Source: a virus. Taken from it: 64,000 nt of DNA. The DNA lies in the IMG/VR virus record IMGVR_UViG_3300028654_000014, positions 18,222 through 82,221 of that record, one strand, 5' to 3'. A model generated the notes under the pieces. The model was not told the DNA's origin and made no database searches. It saw only the letters and a list, made by a program, of their open reading frames with translations. The position numbers and the translations under genes were made by a program. Below, one piece after another: positions 10,088 to 18,906 of this stretch (within the stretch, counting starts at the first letter, position 1; every line of letters begins with the position of its first letter).

Positions 10088-10410
10088 TAGTAATTTTAAA
10101 AGATGAAGTAGTAGGAAAATCTTTACGTATTCCCATAATGATTGGAATTTCGGTATCAGTAAAATTTACATTAACTTCAATAGCTAACTCTCAAATTATT
10201 GATTGTGAATTTTTAAGAGGAAAAGAATATAAAGCAAAATTAAAAAAAGATCCATTAATAGGAGATGAATTTTATTTTATAAAACCAGAAAATTCTTCTA
10301 AAATATTTAAATTTGATAAATATGTTATTGATAAACACTTTTATATTAAAACAGAAAAACAAATACATCAAGAGAAATTTGATAAGAAAATGGATAAGAT
10401 ACTGAAATGA
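10084..10410 (+). CDS. hypothetical protein with C-terminal HxExFxxKMDK helix
   Basis: Coupled ORF ending HQEKFDKKMDKILK. Confidence 0.6.
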   Translation: MIVILKDEVVGKSLRIPIMIGISVSVKFTLTSIANSQIIDCEFLRGKEYKAKLKKDPLIGDEFYFIKPENSSKIFKFDKYVIDKHFYIKTEKQIHQEKFDKKMDKILK

Positions 10411-10604
10411 TTCAATTATATTATATAGATAATACATGGTATGAAAATACTTACGAATTCATTGATTTTTCTAATGGTAGGAATTTATTGAACAAAAGTA
10501 AAAAAGAGATGTCCAGATTTGTTTATAAAGATTATAACGATACTGTTAGAGTTAATAGTGATTATATGTATAAATTAAAGCTTATTTTTGAAATTAGTGC
10601 TTGA
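10407..10604 (+). CDS. hypothetical small protein
   Basis: ATGA-coupled ORF with aromatic N-terminus like the micro-ORFs. Confidence 0.55.
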   Translation: MIQLYYIDNTWYENTYEFIDFSNGRNLLNKSKKEMSRFVYKDYNDTVRVNSDYMYKLKLIFEISA

Positions 10605-10629
10605 TTTTTGATTAAAGATTTGATATAAT
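10601..10629 (+). promoter_or_regulatory. sigma70-type promoter
   Basis: TTGATT-17 bp-TATAAT with extended TG; AAGGAG RBS before 10659. Confidence 0.7.
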
Positions 10630-10658
10630 GAATATTATTAACTAATAAGGAGATAATA

Positions 10659-10958
10659 ATGGAAACAGTAACATTTCACGATTCAAAGAATAATATCACT
10701 TTTACGATTAAGAGTGAATTTGTAGAAACTTGTCCCGAATTTAAAACCACTCCCACGAAAGAATTAGTAGAAAAGCACAATATCTTTAAATTCTTTCACA
10801 ATCCTAATGGTCCATCAGTAACTGACCATAAAACCAACACTATTACATATTTTTTAAATGGTCATTTGGTTGAAGGTGAAGAATTGGAAAAGATTAAACA
10901 TCGTGAACAATTCAATGGTAAAATGGATAAAGTTTTAGCAGATGAATCAGCTTCATAA
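10659..10958 (+). CDS. hypothetical protein
   Basis: Strong RBS; HNPNGP..YFLNG motif; ends HREQFNGKMDKVL. Confidence 0.7.
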   Translation: METVTFHDSKNNITFTIKSEFVETCPEFKTTPTKELVEKHNIFKFFHNPNGPSVTDHKTNTITYFLNGHLVEGEELEKIKHREQFNGKMDKVLADESAS

Positions 10959-10961
10959 AAT

Positions 10962-11117
10962 ATGAATAGATTATTTATTGTAAATGAACCATTAACTTAT
11001 AAATGGCATTTAGAAAATAATCATGGAGTTCATTATTTCAGTAATGATAAAGTATTAGTTAAGTATGCTGTAGTTATTGATTATAGTAAAGGAATATATA
11101 TTTGTATTTATGATTGA
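10962..11117 (+). CDS. micro-ORF, divergent ILEYK-family member (ends ICIYD)
   Basis: Manual translation, 51 aa; overlaps next ATG at 11110. Confidence 0.5.
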   Translation: MNRLFIVNEPLTYKWHLENNHGVHYFSNDKVLVKYAVVIDYSKGIYICIYD

Positions 11118-11331
11118 TCTAGATGAGTATAAAAATAAGAAGAAGCTCAAAGATATTGTAAAAGATCTTGAAGATTGTAAAATTAAACTTACAGGATCTT
11201 TAAATCTTTTAGAAGTTCATAAGAAATATATTCCTATAATGGAATCGATAAGTGTTTTACATAATAGTCGAACTCTTATAGAAATTCATTTAAACAAGTA
11301 CAAGAATTTACTAGAGAAAGAATTAGAATGA
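11110..11331 (+). CDS. hypothetical protein
   Basis: ORF MIDLDEYKNKKK, coupled to neighbours. Confidence 0.55.
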   Translation: MIDLDEYKNKKKLKDIVKDLEDCKIKLTGSLNLLEVHKKYIPIMESISVLHNSRTLIEIHLNKYKNLLEKELE

Positions 11332-11675
11332 ATTGGAAAAGCTTTTATAAAAGAATTCCTAAACAAGTTAAAGTAGGTCAAAATACCTATGAGGTTGTTT
11401 GGAACAAAGGTTTTTCCCGCGATAAAAAACAATTAGGGGAAACAAGATTCTTTAACGAGAATCCGCAAATTGTTATTAATTTAAATCAACCGATAGAAGA
11501 AGCTGTTCATACTTATTTTCATGAACTTTTACACATATTTAGTGAAGAATATGGTGCAAGATTGACAGAAAATCAAGTAATAGTTCTAGAGCAGGGACTA
11601 AAGGACATTCTAGCCCCTAATAATATATTTACCAAAGGAGTCAAAAGTGATACGACCAAACCAAGAAAACGGTGA
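11328..11675 (+). CDS. small zincin-like metallopeptidase
   Basis: YFHELLH HExxH motif. Confidence 0.6.
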   Translation: MNWKSFYKRIPKQVKVGQNTYEVVWNKGFSRDKKQLGETRFFNENPQIVINLNQPIEEAVHTYFHELLHIFSEEYGARLTENQVIVLEQGLKDILAPNNIFTKGVKSDTTKPRKR

Positions 11676-12639
11676 GATATTAAAGGCTTACGTCCAACTA
11701 GTTCAAACAACAGGAAGGTTTCCAAATTGTAGGGAAGTAGAAAGATTAATCACAAGTGATAGGCAAGTTAGAAAACATTTTGGAGGATATACAGCTTTAA
11801 AAGAAACAGTAATTAAATTTCATCCAGAACTGTTAGAATTTGATCAAACACATGAAAATGAAGCTAAAGTATTAGTATTTGATATTGAAACTGCTCCTAT
11901 AACAGCTCACGTTTGGGGATTATGGGAAAATAATGTATCATTGAATCAAATAGTTAAAGATTGGCATGTTTTAAGCTGGAGCGCAAAATGGTTAGGAAAT
12001 CAAGAGATACTATACAAAGATCAAAGAAAAAATAAGAATGTAGAAGATGATACTGAAATATTAAAAGGTATCTGGAAATTATTAGATGAAGCAGATGTTG
12101 TAATTACCCAAAATGGTAAGAGTTTTGATGTTAAGAAACTTAATGCTCGATTTGCTTTAAAAGGAATGAAACCGCCAAGTAGTTTTAGACACATTGATAT
12201 TTGTCGCGTGGCTAAAAAACATTTTGGATTTTCAAGTCATAAATTAGAATATATGACCGATAAATTATGTAAGAAATATAAGAAGTTAAAGCATAAGAAA
12301 TTCCAAGGCCATGAATTATGGACCCAATGTTTAGCTGGTAATTTAAAAGCTTGGAAAGAGATGGAAAAGTATAATAAATATGATGTATTATCATTAGAAG
12401 AATTGTATTATATTTTAATTCCCTGGGACAATACCATTAACTTTGATATTTATACAAATAAAGAAGAAAATATTTGTAAATGTGGAAGTAAGAAATTTGT
12501 TAAAAAAGGATTTTATTACACTGCTTCTTCAAAATATCAGAGATATCAATGTATTAAATGTTATGCAGAATCAAGGGATAATATTAATTTATTACCAAGT
12601 CATAAGAAGGATTCTTTGAAACGTGGCATTACAAGGTAA
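11647..12639 (+). CDS. RNase H-fold (DEDD) 3'-5' exonuclease with C-terminal Zn ribbon
   Basis: VFDIETAP, QNGKSFD, HIDIC, YNKYDV; CKCGS...CIKC. Confidence 0.85.
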   Translation: MIRPNQENGEILKAYVQLVQTTGRFPNCREVERLITSDRQVRKHFGGYTALKETVIKFHPELLEFDQTHENEAKVLVFDIETAPITAHVWGLWENNVSLNQIVKDWHVLSWSAKWLGNQEILYKDQRKNKNVEDDTEILKGIWKLLDEADVVITQNGKSFDVKKLNARFALKGMKPPSSFRHIDICRVAKKHFGFSSHKLEYMTDKLCKKYKKLKHKKFQGHELWTQCLAGNLKAWKEMEKYNKYDVLSLEELYYILIPWDNTINFDIYTNKEENICKCGSKKFVKKGFYYTASSKYQRYQCIKCYAESRDNINLLPSHKKDSLKRGITR

Positions 12640-12640
12640 A

Positions 12641-13148
12641 ATGATATTAACTTATATAACTTCTGTATATTATATAGGTAATATTCATCATATTGAATTT
12701 TGGTACGGTCCAGTAAATAATTATTTATCCAATAATTATGGTGATGAAGAAAAGATAATATTGTATTATGAATAAAATGTACTATATTTTTGATACAGGA
12801 ATGTATCATATTGGAATTCAAACTGCATATAGTATAAGGTATTTTGATTATTCTCATAATGATTGGACATCTATTATTAATAGAAAGATACATTACAAAG
12901 ATATTAGATATGTATTAAATTATGAATAAATTAATATTAGTACTTTCATTTTTATTATTACTTGTAACTATTTTGTATAGAAGATGAATAAACTTTTATT
13001 AGATGGTACTGGTATTTTTGGTAAAACTAAATATTGGATTATGAAAGATGATAGATTATATGAATCAATAAGTATGCGTTTATTGGAAAACACAGTTAAT
13101 GATTTAAATATTAAAAATGATAAAGTTATATTAGAATATGAGGATTAA
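12641..13148 (+). CDS. array of four coupled micro-ORFs (12641-12775, 12768-12929, 12922-12987, 12984-13148)
   Basis: Ends ILYYE, VLNYE, ILYRR (21-aa hydrophobic peptide), ILEYED; each overlaps the next start. Confidence 0.68.
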
Positions 13149-14045
13149 GTGAAAGAATTTGATTTAGAAGATTATGAAGAAGCTTCGGAACCAACAGAAG
13201 AAATTGTATATAAACCAATGCAATATATTACAATGCCTAAATGTTTTCAAGATTCTATAGGATTGCCAGGAATTCCATTAGGACATTCAACAATGCTTTA
13301 TGGACTTTCAGATTCTGGAAAAACTGATGTCTTGTTAAAGATAGCAAGAGAAGCTACAAAACAAGAAATTCTACCAATAATTGTAATTACTGAAAATAAA
13401 CTTGATAAAGATAGATTAGATTCCATGGGTTTGGAACATAAAAAGAATTGTATCATAAAAGAAGATCTTACAACATTAGAAGATGTTTATGATTATATTT
13501 CAATGAAAGTAACTGATATAAAGAATAATAAGCTTAAAATGAATACATTGATTCTATGGGATTCAGTTGCCGGAACTCCTTCAAAAGATTCCTTTGAAAT
13601 TGCAAAAGATGGTAAAATAACTAAAAAGTATGGTCCACAAAAGAATGCTCAAACAATTGGATATTTTAATCCTATTATTATGAAACTTGTTACAAGTACA
13701 AGACAAATGGATTGTGATTATTCTTTAGGACTTTTTATGTTAAATCAAGCTTATAAGAATATGCCCGAATTTCCAGGAGCACCAGTAACAACGGTTCCAA
13801 ATGGCGGGGAAAAGATTTGGTTTCCAATTTCTTTAGCCATTGAGATTAAAGAAGGAAAACGCATTAAAATCACTAAGGATGGAAGAGATTTAGAAGTTGG
13901 ACTTGTGAGTAAACTTAAAGTTAAAAAGAATCATATAACGGGTATAAACTCATCTGGAGAGATTGTACTGGCAGGTTCTGAAATGTTTGAAAATGATGAT
14001 AAGCTTATAAAGGATTTTAAAGAGAGGATTAAAAATGAAAGCTAA
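13149..14045 (+). CDS. RecA/UvsX-like recombinase
   Basis: Walker A YGLSDSGKT, Walker B LWDSV, LNQ, GG and KVKKN motifs. Confidence 0.8.
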   Translation: MKEFDLEDYEEASEPTEEIVYKPMQYITMPKCFQDSIGLPGIPLGHSTMLYGLSDSGKTDVLLKIAREATKQEILPIIVITENKLDKDRLDSMGLEHKKNCIIKEDLTTLEDVYDYISMKVTDIKNNKLKMNTLILWDSVAGTPSKDSFEIAKDGKITKKYGPQKNAQTIGYFNPIIMKLVTSTRQMDCDYSLGLFMLNQAYKNMPEFPGAPVTTVPNGGEKIWFPISLAIEIKEGKRIKITKDGRDLEVGLVSKLKVKKNHITGINSSGEIVLAGSEMFENDDKLIKDFKERIKNES

Positions 14046-14271
14046 GTATTTAATACCATTTTTATTACTAATTTCAATAGGTTGTATAAATAAACATGAA
14101 CAATCTAGACCTAAATATCATATTGGACAAATTGTAGGTAATGGATATTGTAAAGGAATGATAGCATCTGTTATATATTTAATGGATTACTATGAATATT
14201 ATATATTAGATGCAGAATGTGGAAATAGAATATATAATCATGTTATTTTAAGAGAAGATGAGATAAAATGA
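14035..14271 (+). CDS. putative lipoprotein
   Basis: Hydrophobic N-terminus ending ISIGC (lipobox-like). Confidence 0.5.
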   Translation: MKAKYLIPFLLLISIGCINKHEQSRPKYHIGQIVGNGYCKGMIASVIYLMDYYEYYILDAECGNRIYNHVILREDEIK

Positions 14272-14413
14272 AGCTTAAATTATATATTTTAGTTGACAAA
14301 GATAAAAGAATTTGTTATACTAGTGATAATAGAAAACAAGTTCAATATTTTAAAAAATCTATTGAAGCAAATAATAAAAACCTTAAAATTGTAAAACTAA
14401 CAGGAGAAATAAA

Positions 14414-14605
14414 ATGACCAAATACGCCGTATCAGAAGAGTCCCTCAATTCTATTCTAAACTATCTAGCATCAAGACCTTTTGCTGAAGTTTATAAAATT
14501 GTACCACTTCTTCAAGTTCCAAATGTAGAACTATTGGCACAAGAAGCTCAAGCAGAAGCATCTGAAGTATCTGAAGTATTGGATAGTCAAGAATCAGCAT
14601 CATAA
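14414..14605 (+). CDS. hypothetical protein
   Basis: AGGAG RBS; ILNYLASRPFAEV motif. Confidence 0.6.
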   Translation: MTKYAVSEESLNSILNYLASRPFAEVYKIVPLLQVPNVELLAQEAQAEASEVSEVLDSQESAS

Positions 14606-14621
14606 TGATCGGAGGGGATAA

Positions 14622-14957
14622 ATGTCGGGAATTAAGCATGATTCTGAAAAAGAACCATTAGATCTTTTACCACCAGAAGCTTTATTTGAGATAGGAAGAG
14701 TTTTAGCTGCCGGAAAGAAAAAATATGGCACAGCAAATTGGGCCAAGGGAATTACAATTTCCAGACTTCTGGCAGCTTCTTTAAGACATATCTTTCAATT
14801 TTTAAAAGGTGAAGATTATGATAAAGAAACTAAAACACTTCATATTGCAAATGCTGCTTGTAATTTAATGTTTGCGATTTGGATGATGAAAAATAGACCT
14901 GACCTAGATGATCGTTGGATCAAAGGAGTTAAAAATGGCAAGAAAAAAGGCAAATAA
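14622..14957 (+). CDS. dATP/dGTP diphosphohydrolase (DUF5664-like)
   Basis: GIKHDSEK..LDLLPPEAL...GKKKYG..NWAKG...LRH...LHIANAACN pattern. Confidence 0.8.
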   Translation: MSGIKHDSEKEPLDLLPPEALFEIGRVLAAGKKKYGTANWAKGITISRLLAASLRHIFQFLKGEDYDKETKTLHIANAACNLMFAIWMMKNRPDLDDRWIKGVKNGKKKGK

Positions 14958-15280
14958 ATATGGATGGAGTGATAATCCTTTAATTCTAATTAAACAGTTA
15001 GAAAAAGAAATGATTCCTGATATTAAAGCTGGATTAAAATTAAATCCTAAAACAATCAAGAATCTACAAAAAATAGATGAGATCTTTAAAAAAGGATTAA
15101 AAAATGGTAAGAAAAAAAGATAATACATTAAAACTTATGAAAAAAGTTGGTAAAGATTTAGATATAGTATTAAAAAATAAACATAAATTAAATCCTAGTA
15201 CATTAAAGAATTTTAAAAAGATTGATTCTTTATTTGAAGATTTATTTAAAGATATTGATTCACTTGGAAAAAAGAAATGA
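14935..15280 (+). CDS. two tandem paralogous small basic proteins (14935-15123, 15104-15280)
   Basis: Share M[AV]RKK..DNxL and KLNPxTxKNxxKIDxxF. Confidence 0.6.
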
Positions 15281-15468
15281 TAACAAACGAGTATCTAAAA
15301 GGATACATAAACGCTCTAGATAATATTAAATCTATTGTAAATACTTACAAAATTGATTCAAATAATAATCATTCACTAGAAGCTTTTAATGATGTTTTAA
15401 ATTATATTGAACAAGTAAGAAATAATTACAAACAATTAGTAAAGGAATTAAACGAGAAGAATGATTAA
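15277..15468 (+). CDS. hypothetical protein
   Basis: ATGA-coupled ORF. Confidence 0.5.
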   Translation: MITNEYLKGYINALDNIKSIVNTYKIDSNNNHSLEAFNDVLNYIEQVRNNYKQLVKELNEKND

Positions 15469-15573
15469 TTTGAATGAAGCTCTTATGTATTTTTTTAAAC
15501 TTTCAATATTATTTTTCATAAGTTCAATTGTTTTATCAGTAATATTTCACAAATTAACAAAGAGGATTAAACG

Positions 15574-16011
15574 ATGCAACTAAAAGTTAAGAAAACAGAT
15601 TCAACTGCTTACCCTTTGGAATATAAAACAGAAGGATCAGCAGCTTTTGATTTAACAAGCATTGAAGAAGTTACTATTACATCAGGAGAAACAAAAGCAG
15701 TCAGAACAGGGTGGTCTTTCGAAGTTCCTCCAGGTTTTGAACTAGAAATTAGACCAAGATCAGGACTTTCTTTAAGTTCTAATATTAGAATCAGTAATTC
15801 TCCTGGTACTATTGATTCTGATTTTAGAGGAGAGGTTAAAATTATTGTAGATCTTCTAATGAAAAGATTTCCTGAAACATATACAATAGTCAAAGGACAA
15901 AGAATTGCCCAAGCTCTTTTAAAGAAGGTTGAACAAGCAGAAATTGTAGAGATAGAAGAACTTTCTGAAACTGAAAGAGGAACTGGTGGATTTGGAAGTA
16001 CAGGAAAATGA
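15574..16011 (+). CDS. dut: trimeric dUTPase
   Basis: SAAFDL, RPRSGLS, PGTIDSDFRGE, QRIAQ, RGTGGFGSTG. Confidence 0.95.
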   Translation: MQLKVKKTDSTAYPLEYKTEGSAAFDLTSIEEVTITSGETKAVRTGWSFEVPPGFELEIRPRSGLSLSSNIRISNSPGTIDSDFRGEVKIIVDLLMKRFPETYTIVKGQRIAQALLKKVEQAEIVEIEELSETERGTGGFGSTGK

Positions 16012-16095
16012 TCCAATCTTTTGGTCAAGTCTTATTTCTATTCCTAGCATTTTTAATGATTATATTCATTCCCGATTCATTTAAAAGGACAACAG

Positions 16096-16380
16096 ATGGC
16101 AAAGACACGTCATGCAAAACCAGACGAGTTCCAAAAGGAACAAATAAGAAATCTAAGAAAACAATTAAAACAAAGAGATCAAAAAATAAGACAGTTAGAA
16201 AAACTTCTAGGTTATAATCAAAATAGAGATGAATCTAAAAAGGATTCAGTAATAGAAGAATTAAATGTATGTGAGCATTGTGGAAAAGGGTTTGTAGTTG
16301 AAACTGTTTTTGAAGGAATTAAAAGGAAGTTTATAAGCTGTACAGTGTGCGATTATAAATCTAGGGCAATCAAAATATGA
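16096..16380 (+). CDS. coiled-coil plus Zn-ribbon protein
   Basis: CEHCGKG...CTVC. Confidence 0.6.
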   Translation: MAKTRHAKPDEFQKEQIRNLRKQLKQRDQKIRQLEKLLGYNQNRDESKKDSVIEELNVCEHCGKGFVVETVFEGIKRKFISCTVCDYKSRAIKI

Positions 16381-16673
16381 ACGATTTAAAGAATCTTAAA
16401 ACTCTAGAATATCTATTAAAAGATAAAAACTACTTTGGATATAAATTTTATACTGTTTTTAGACATATTGAATATGATAGTTATGAAATAACTTTTCTTA
16501 ATGATGAAAATAAATATTTTAGAATTCAATTATGTCATGGATTAATTTTAGGTATGGAATACAATAATTTAATAGGATATATTGATAATATGGTCCATAG
16601 TTCCTCAGATTTTAAAAAACTCGCTCATAATCAACAATTTATGAACAAATTTGATAAGATGTTACATGAGTAA
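16377..16673 (+). CDS. hypothetical protein
   Basis: Coupled ORF ending HNQQFMNKFDKML. Confidence 0.55.
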   Translation: MNDLKNLKTLEYLLKDKNYFGYKFYTVFRHIEYDSYEITFLNDENKYFRIQLCHGLILGMEYNNLIGYIDNMVHSSSDFKKLAHNQQFMNKFDKMLHE

Positions 16674-16836
16674 TATATCATATAGATTTAATTCAGTAAT
16701 AGGATTATTAGAAGCTGGTATTATAACACATAAAGAAGCTATAGAACTTTTAGATTTTAGTAATGTATATTATATTAATAATAAATTAATGTGTTTTAGA
16801 AAATTTGATATAATAGAAGTATTAAGATATGAGTAA
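16666..16836 (+). CDS. micro-ORF of the ILEYK family (ends VLRYE)
   Basis: Overlaps both neighbours. Confidence 0.6.
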   Translation: MSNISYRFNSVIGLLEAGIITHKEAIELLDFSNVYYINNKLMCFRKFDIIEVLRYE

Positions 16837-17233
16837 AAAGAAAAAAGATTATAGTTCAATAGAAAAGGATAATGAAGCATTTGAAAAGCATAAATTCAAT
16901 TTTGTTAAGAATGCTTTAAGAATCGCAACTTACAAGTGGCCATATTTTTCTAAAGCTCTTGCGCGACAAAGACTTGAAAGAGGATTATATCAATGTGAAT
17001 CTTGTAAAGGAGCTTTCGGTCCAAAACAAATTAATCGGGATCATATTGAACCTGTAGTAGCAGTAACAGGATGGTCAGGATGGACAGATTATATTAATAG
17101 ATTATTCGTTAAGAGTGATGGAATTCAAATATTATGTATATCATGCCACGAAAACAAGAGTTTAGTTGAAAATCAAATGAGGAAAAAATATAATCAACCT
17201 ATTATTAAAATTCGAAAAAAGAAGAATAAATGA
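16829..17233 (+). CDS. HNH endonuclease
   Basis: YQCESC, RDHIEPV, QILCISCH. Confidence 0.8.
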   Translation: MSKKKKDYSSIEKDNEAFEKHKFNFVKNALRIATYKWPYFSKALARQRLERGLYQCESCKGAFGPKQINRDHIEPVVAVTGWSGWTDYINRLFVKSDGIQILCISCHENKSLVENQMRKKYNQPIIKIRKKKNK

Positions 17234-17874
17234 AAACTGGTGTGTATAAAATAACAAATATTATAAATAATAAAATTTATGTAGGAAGTTCTTGGAAATG
17301 TATTATAAAAAGATGGAGATGTCATAAAAGTAATTTAAAAAAGAATAAACATACTAATAAACATCTTCAAAGATCATGGAATAAACATGGAGAAGAAAAT
17401 TTTAAATTTGAAGTTTTAGAATATTGTGAGCCTTTAAAATGTATGGAAATAGAACAATATTATATAGATACATTAAATCCCGAATTTAATATATGTAAAA
17501 GAGTTGAAGGTAGGATAGGTTGTAAATTATCTAAAGAACAAATTGAGAGATTAAGGGTAATAAATACAGGTAGACCTGCGTGGAATAAAGGAAAACCATT
17601 TCCAAAAGAAACACGAAAAAGAATGTCTGAATCTAGAAAATTAGGATTAAAAAATGGAACTGTTAAATCTTGGAATAAAGGAAGATCATTCCCATCAAAA
17701 GGACCAGTTTATTGTTCAAATGGTAAAATTTATAAATCTGTAAGAGATGCAGCAAAAGATTTAAAAGTTAAACCAAATACAATAGTTAAAGCTTGTACTG
17801 ATAAAAAGCAAATAAGAAAGGTTAAAAAATTTATAGTATCTTATGATAATATTAATAATGCGAGTAAAGAATAA
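17230..17874 (+). CDS. GIY-YIG homing endonuclease with NUMOD3-like repeats
   Basis: GVYKITN..KIYVGSS, RW..H, EQYYID; repeated WNKG. Confidence 0.9.
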   Translation: MKTGVYKITNIINNKIYVGSSWKCIIKRWRCHKSNLKKNKHTNKHLQRSWNKHGEENFKFEVLEYCEPLKCMEIEQYYIDTLNPEFNICKRVEGRIGCKLSKEQIERLRVINTGRPAWNKGKPFPKETRKRMSESRKLGLKNGTVKSWNKGRSFPSKGPVYCSNGKIYKSVRDAAKDLKVKPNTIVKACTDKKQIRKVKKFIVSYDNINNASKE

Positions 17875-17907
17875 TCAAAAACCAATTAAGATGAAGAAAA
17901 GAAAGAA

Positions 17908-18601
17908 ATGAAAGATCCTTTAAAATTATTTAAAAGACTTGGAATAAAGTATTATGATATAATGGATTTTTTCAAAGAACCTTTCACATATAAACCATAT
18001 TATAATTCAAATATATTAAAATATTATAAAAAGAAAATATTGGTATATAAATGAAAGGTGCTTTCATAGAAGCTGCTAAATATTTAATGGGATTTTATAA
18101 TTTTTATCCATGGGAAATTAAAAGATTTAGTAAATTAAATTGGCTAATATATGGTGATATAAAAATATTGAGGTATAAATAATGGCTGCAACATTTATGG
18201 GAATTTCAGATATGAGTAAAATTTTTAAAGAATTATATGCAGATTATTTTTCACCATGGAGATATGATGGAAAGAAATTAACTTATAATGAAGGTCATCT
18301 TTGGACTTCACCCAAAGTTGCTCCTCCTAAAAAAGATTTGATAGTATTGGAATATAAATAATGGGAAACTCAAATTATTATGTATATGATTCACCACACT
18401 GGGTTTCAGAAAATAATATACTCACTTATATAAGCTTTTATATTCCTTATGAAACTAAACAAACGGAAATATTAAGATATGAATGAATATCAACAAGAAA
18501 CTGATTGGATCTATGAAAAATGTATATGGTTAAGTAATGGATTTTATTGGTATAATTCAAAATATGAAATAATTCAAATATTTCAATTGACAAATGAATA
18601 A
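17908..18601 (+). CDS. array of five coupled micro-ORFs (17908-18054, 18051-18182, 18182-18361, 18361-18486, 18479-18601)
   Basis: First four end ILVYK, ILRYK, VLEYK, ILRYE; ATGA/TAATG overlaps. Confidence 0.72.
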
Positions 18602-18615
18602 CTATTTGATATAAT
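18587..18615 (+). promoter_or_regulatory. consensus sigma70 promoter
   Basis: TTGACA-17 bp-TATAAT, with extended TG. Confidence 0.85.
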
Positions 18616-18624
18616 GGGTAATAT

Positions 18625-18906
18625 ATGATTCAAAAACTACAAGACTTATTAAAGACAATTTTAACTAAATTGAACTTTCTAGACTATCAACAACAGTTAT
18701 CTATAAGCAATATAACAGTTGCTGTATTTGTATTTATAGCCGCGATAAGAATGGCTTTTGGAGGTTCGGATTTAAATCTTGGATTCTTCATATGGAAAAT
18801 ACAAGTTATAGATATAGGTGGAACATTACCAGTTTTCTACTCGCTTTTAAATTATGCACATAAAAGACATATTAACAATCAAAATAATGGAGATAATAGT
18901 AAATGA
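18625..18906 (+). CDS. small membrane protein (holin-like)
   Basis: Hydrophobic segments; directly after the promoter. Confidence 0.5.
   Translation: MIQKLQDLLKTILTKLNFLDYQQQLSISNITVAVFVFIAAIRMAFGGSDLNLGFFIWKIQVIDIGGTLPVFYSLLNYAHKRHINNQNNGDNSK

Noticed and set aside
12600-12893. 97-aa - strand ORF
   Set aside because: The + strand is better explained by coupled micro-ORFs carrying the family motif
15609-16028. 139-aa antisense ORF opposite dUTPase, and similar shadow ORFs (e.g. 45215-45523, 36217-36507, 52437-52679)
   Set aside because: They lie antisense to or out of frame within well-supported genes and show no motifs; codon-bias artefacts
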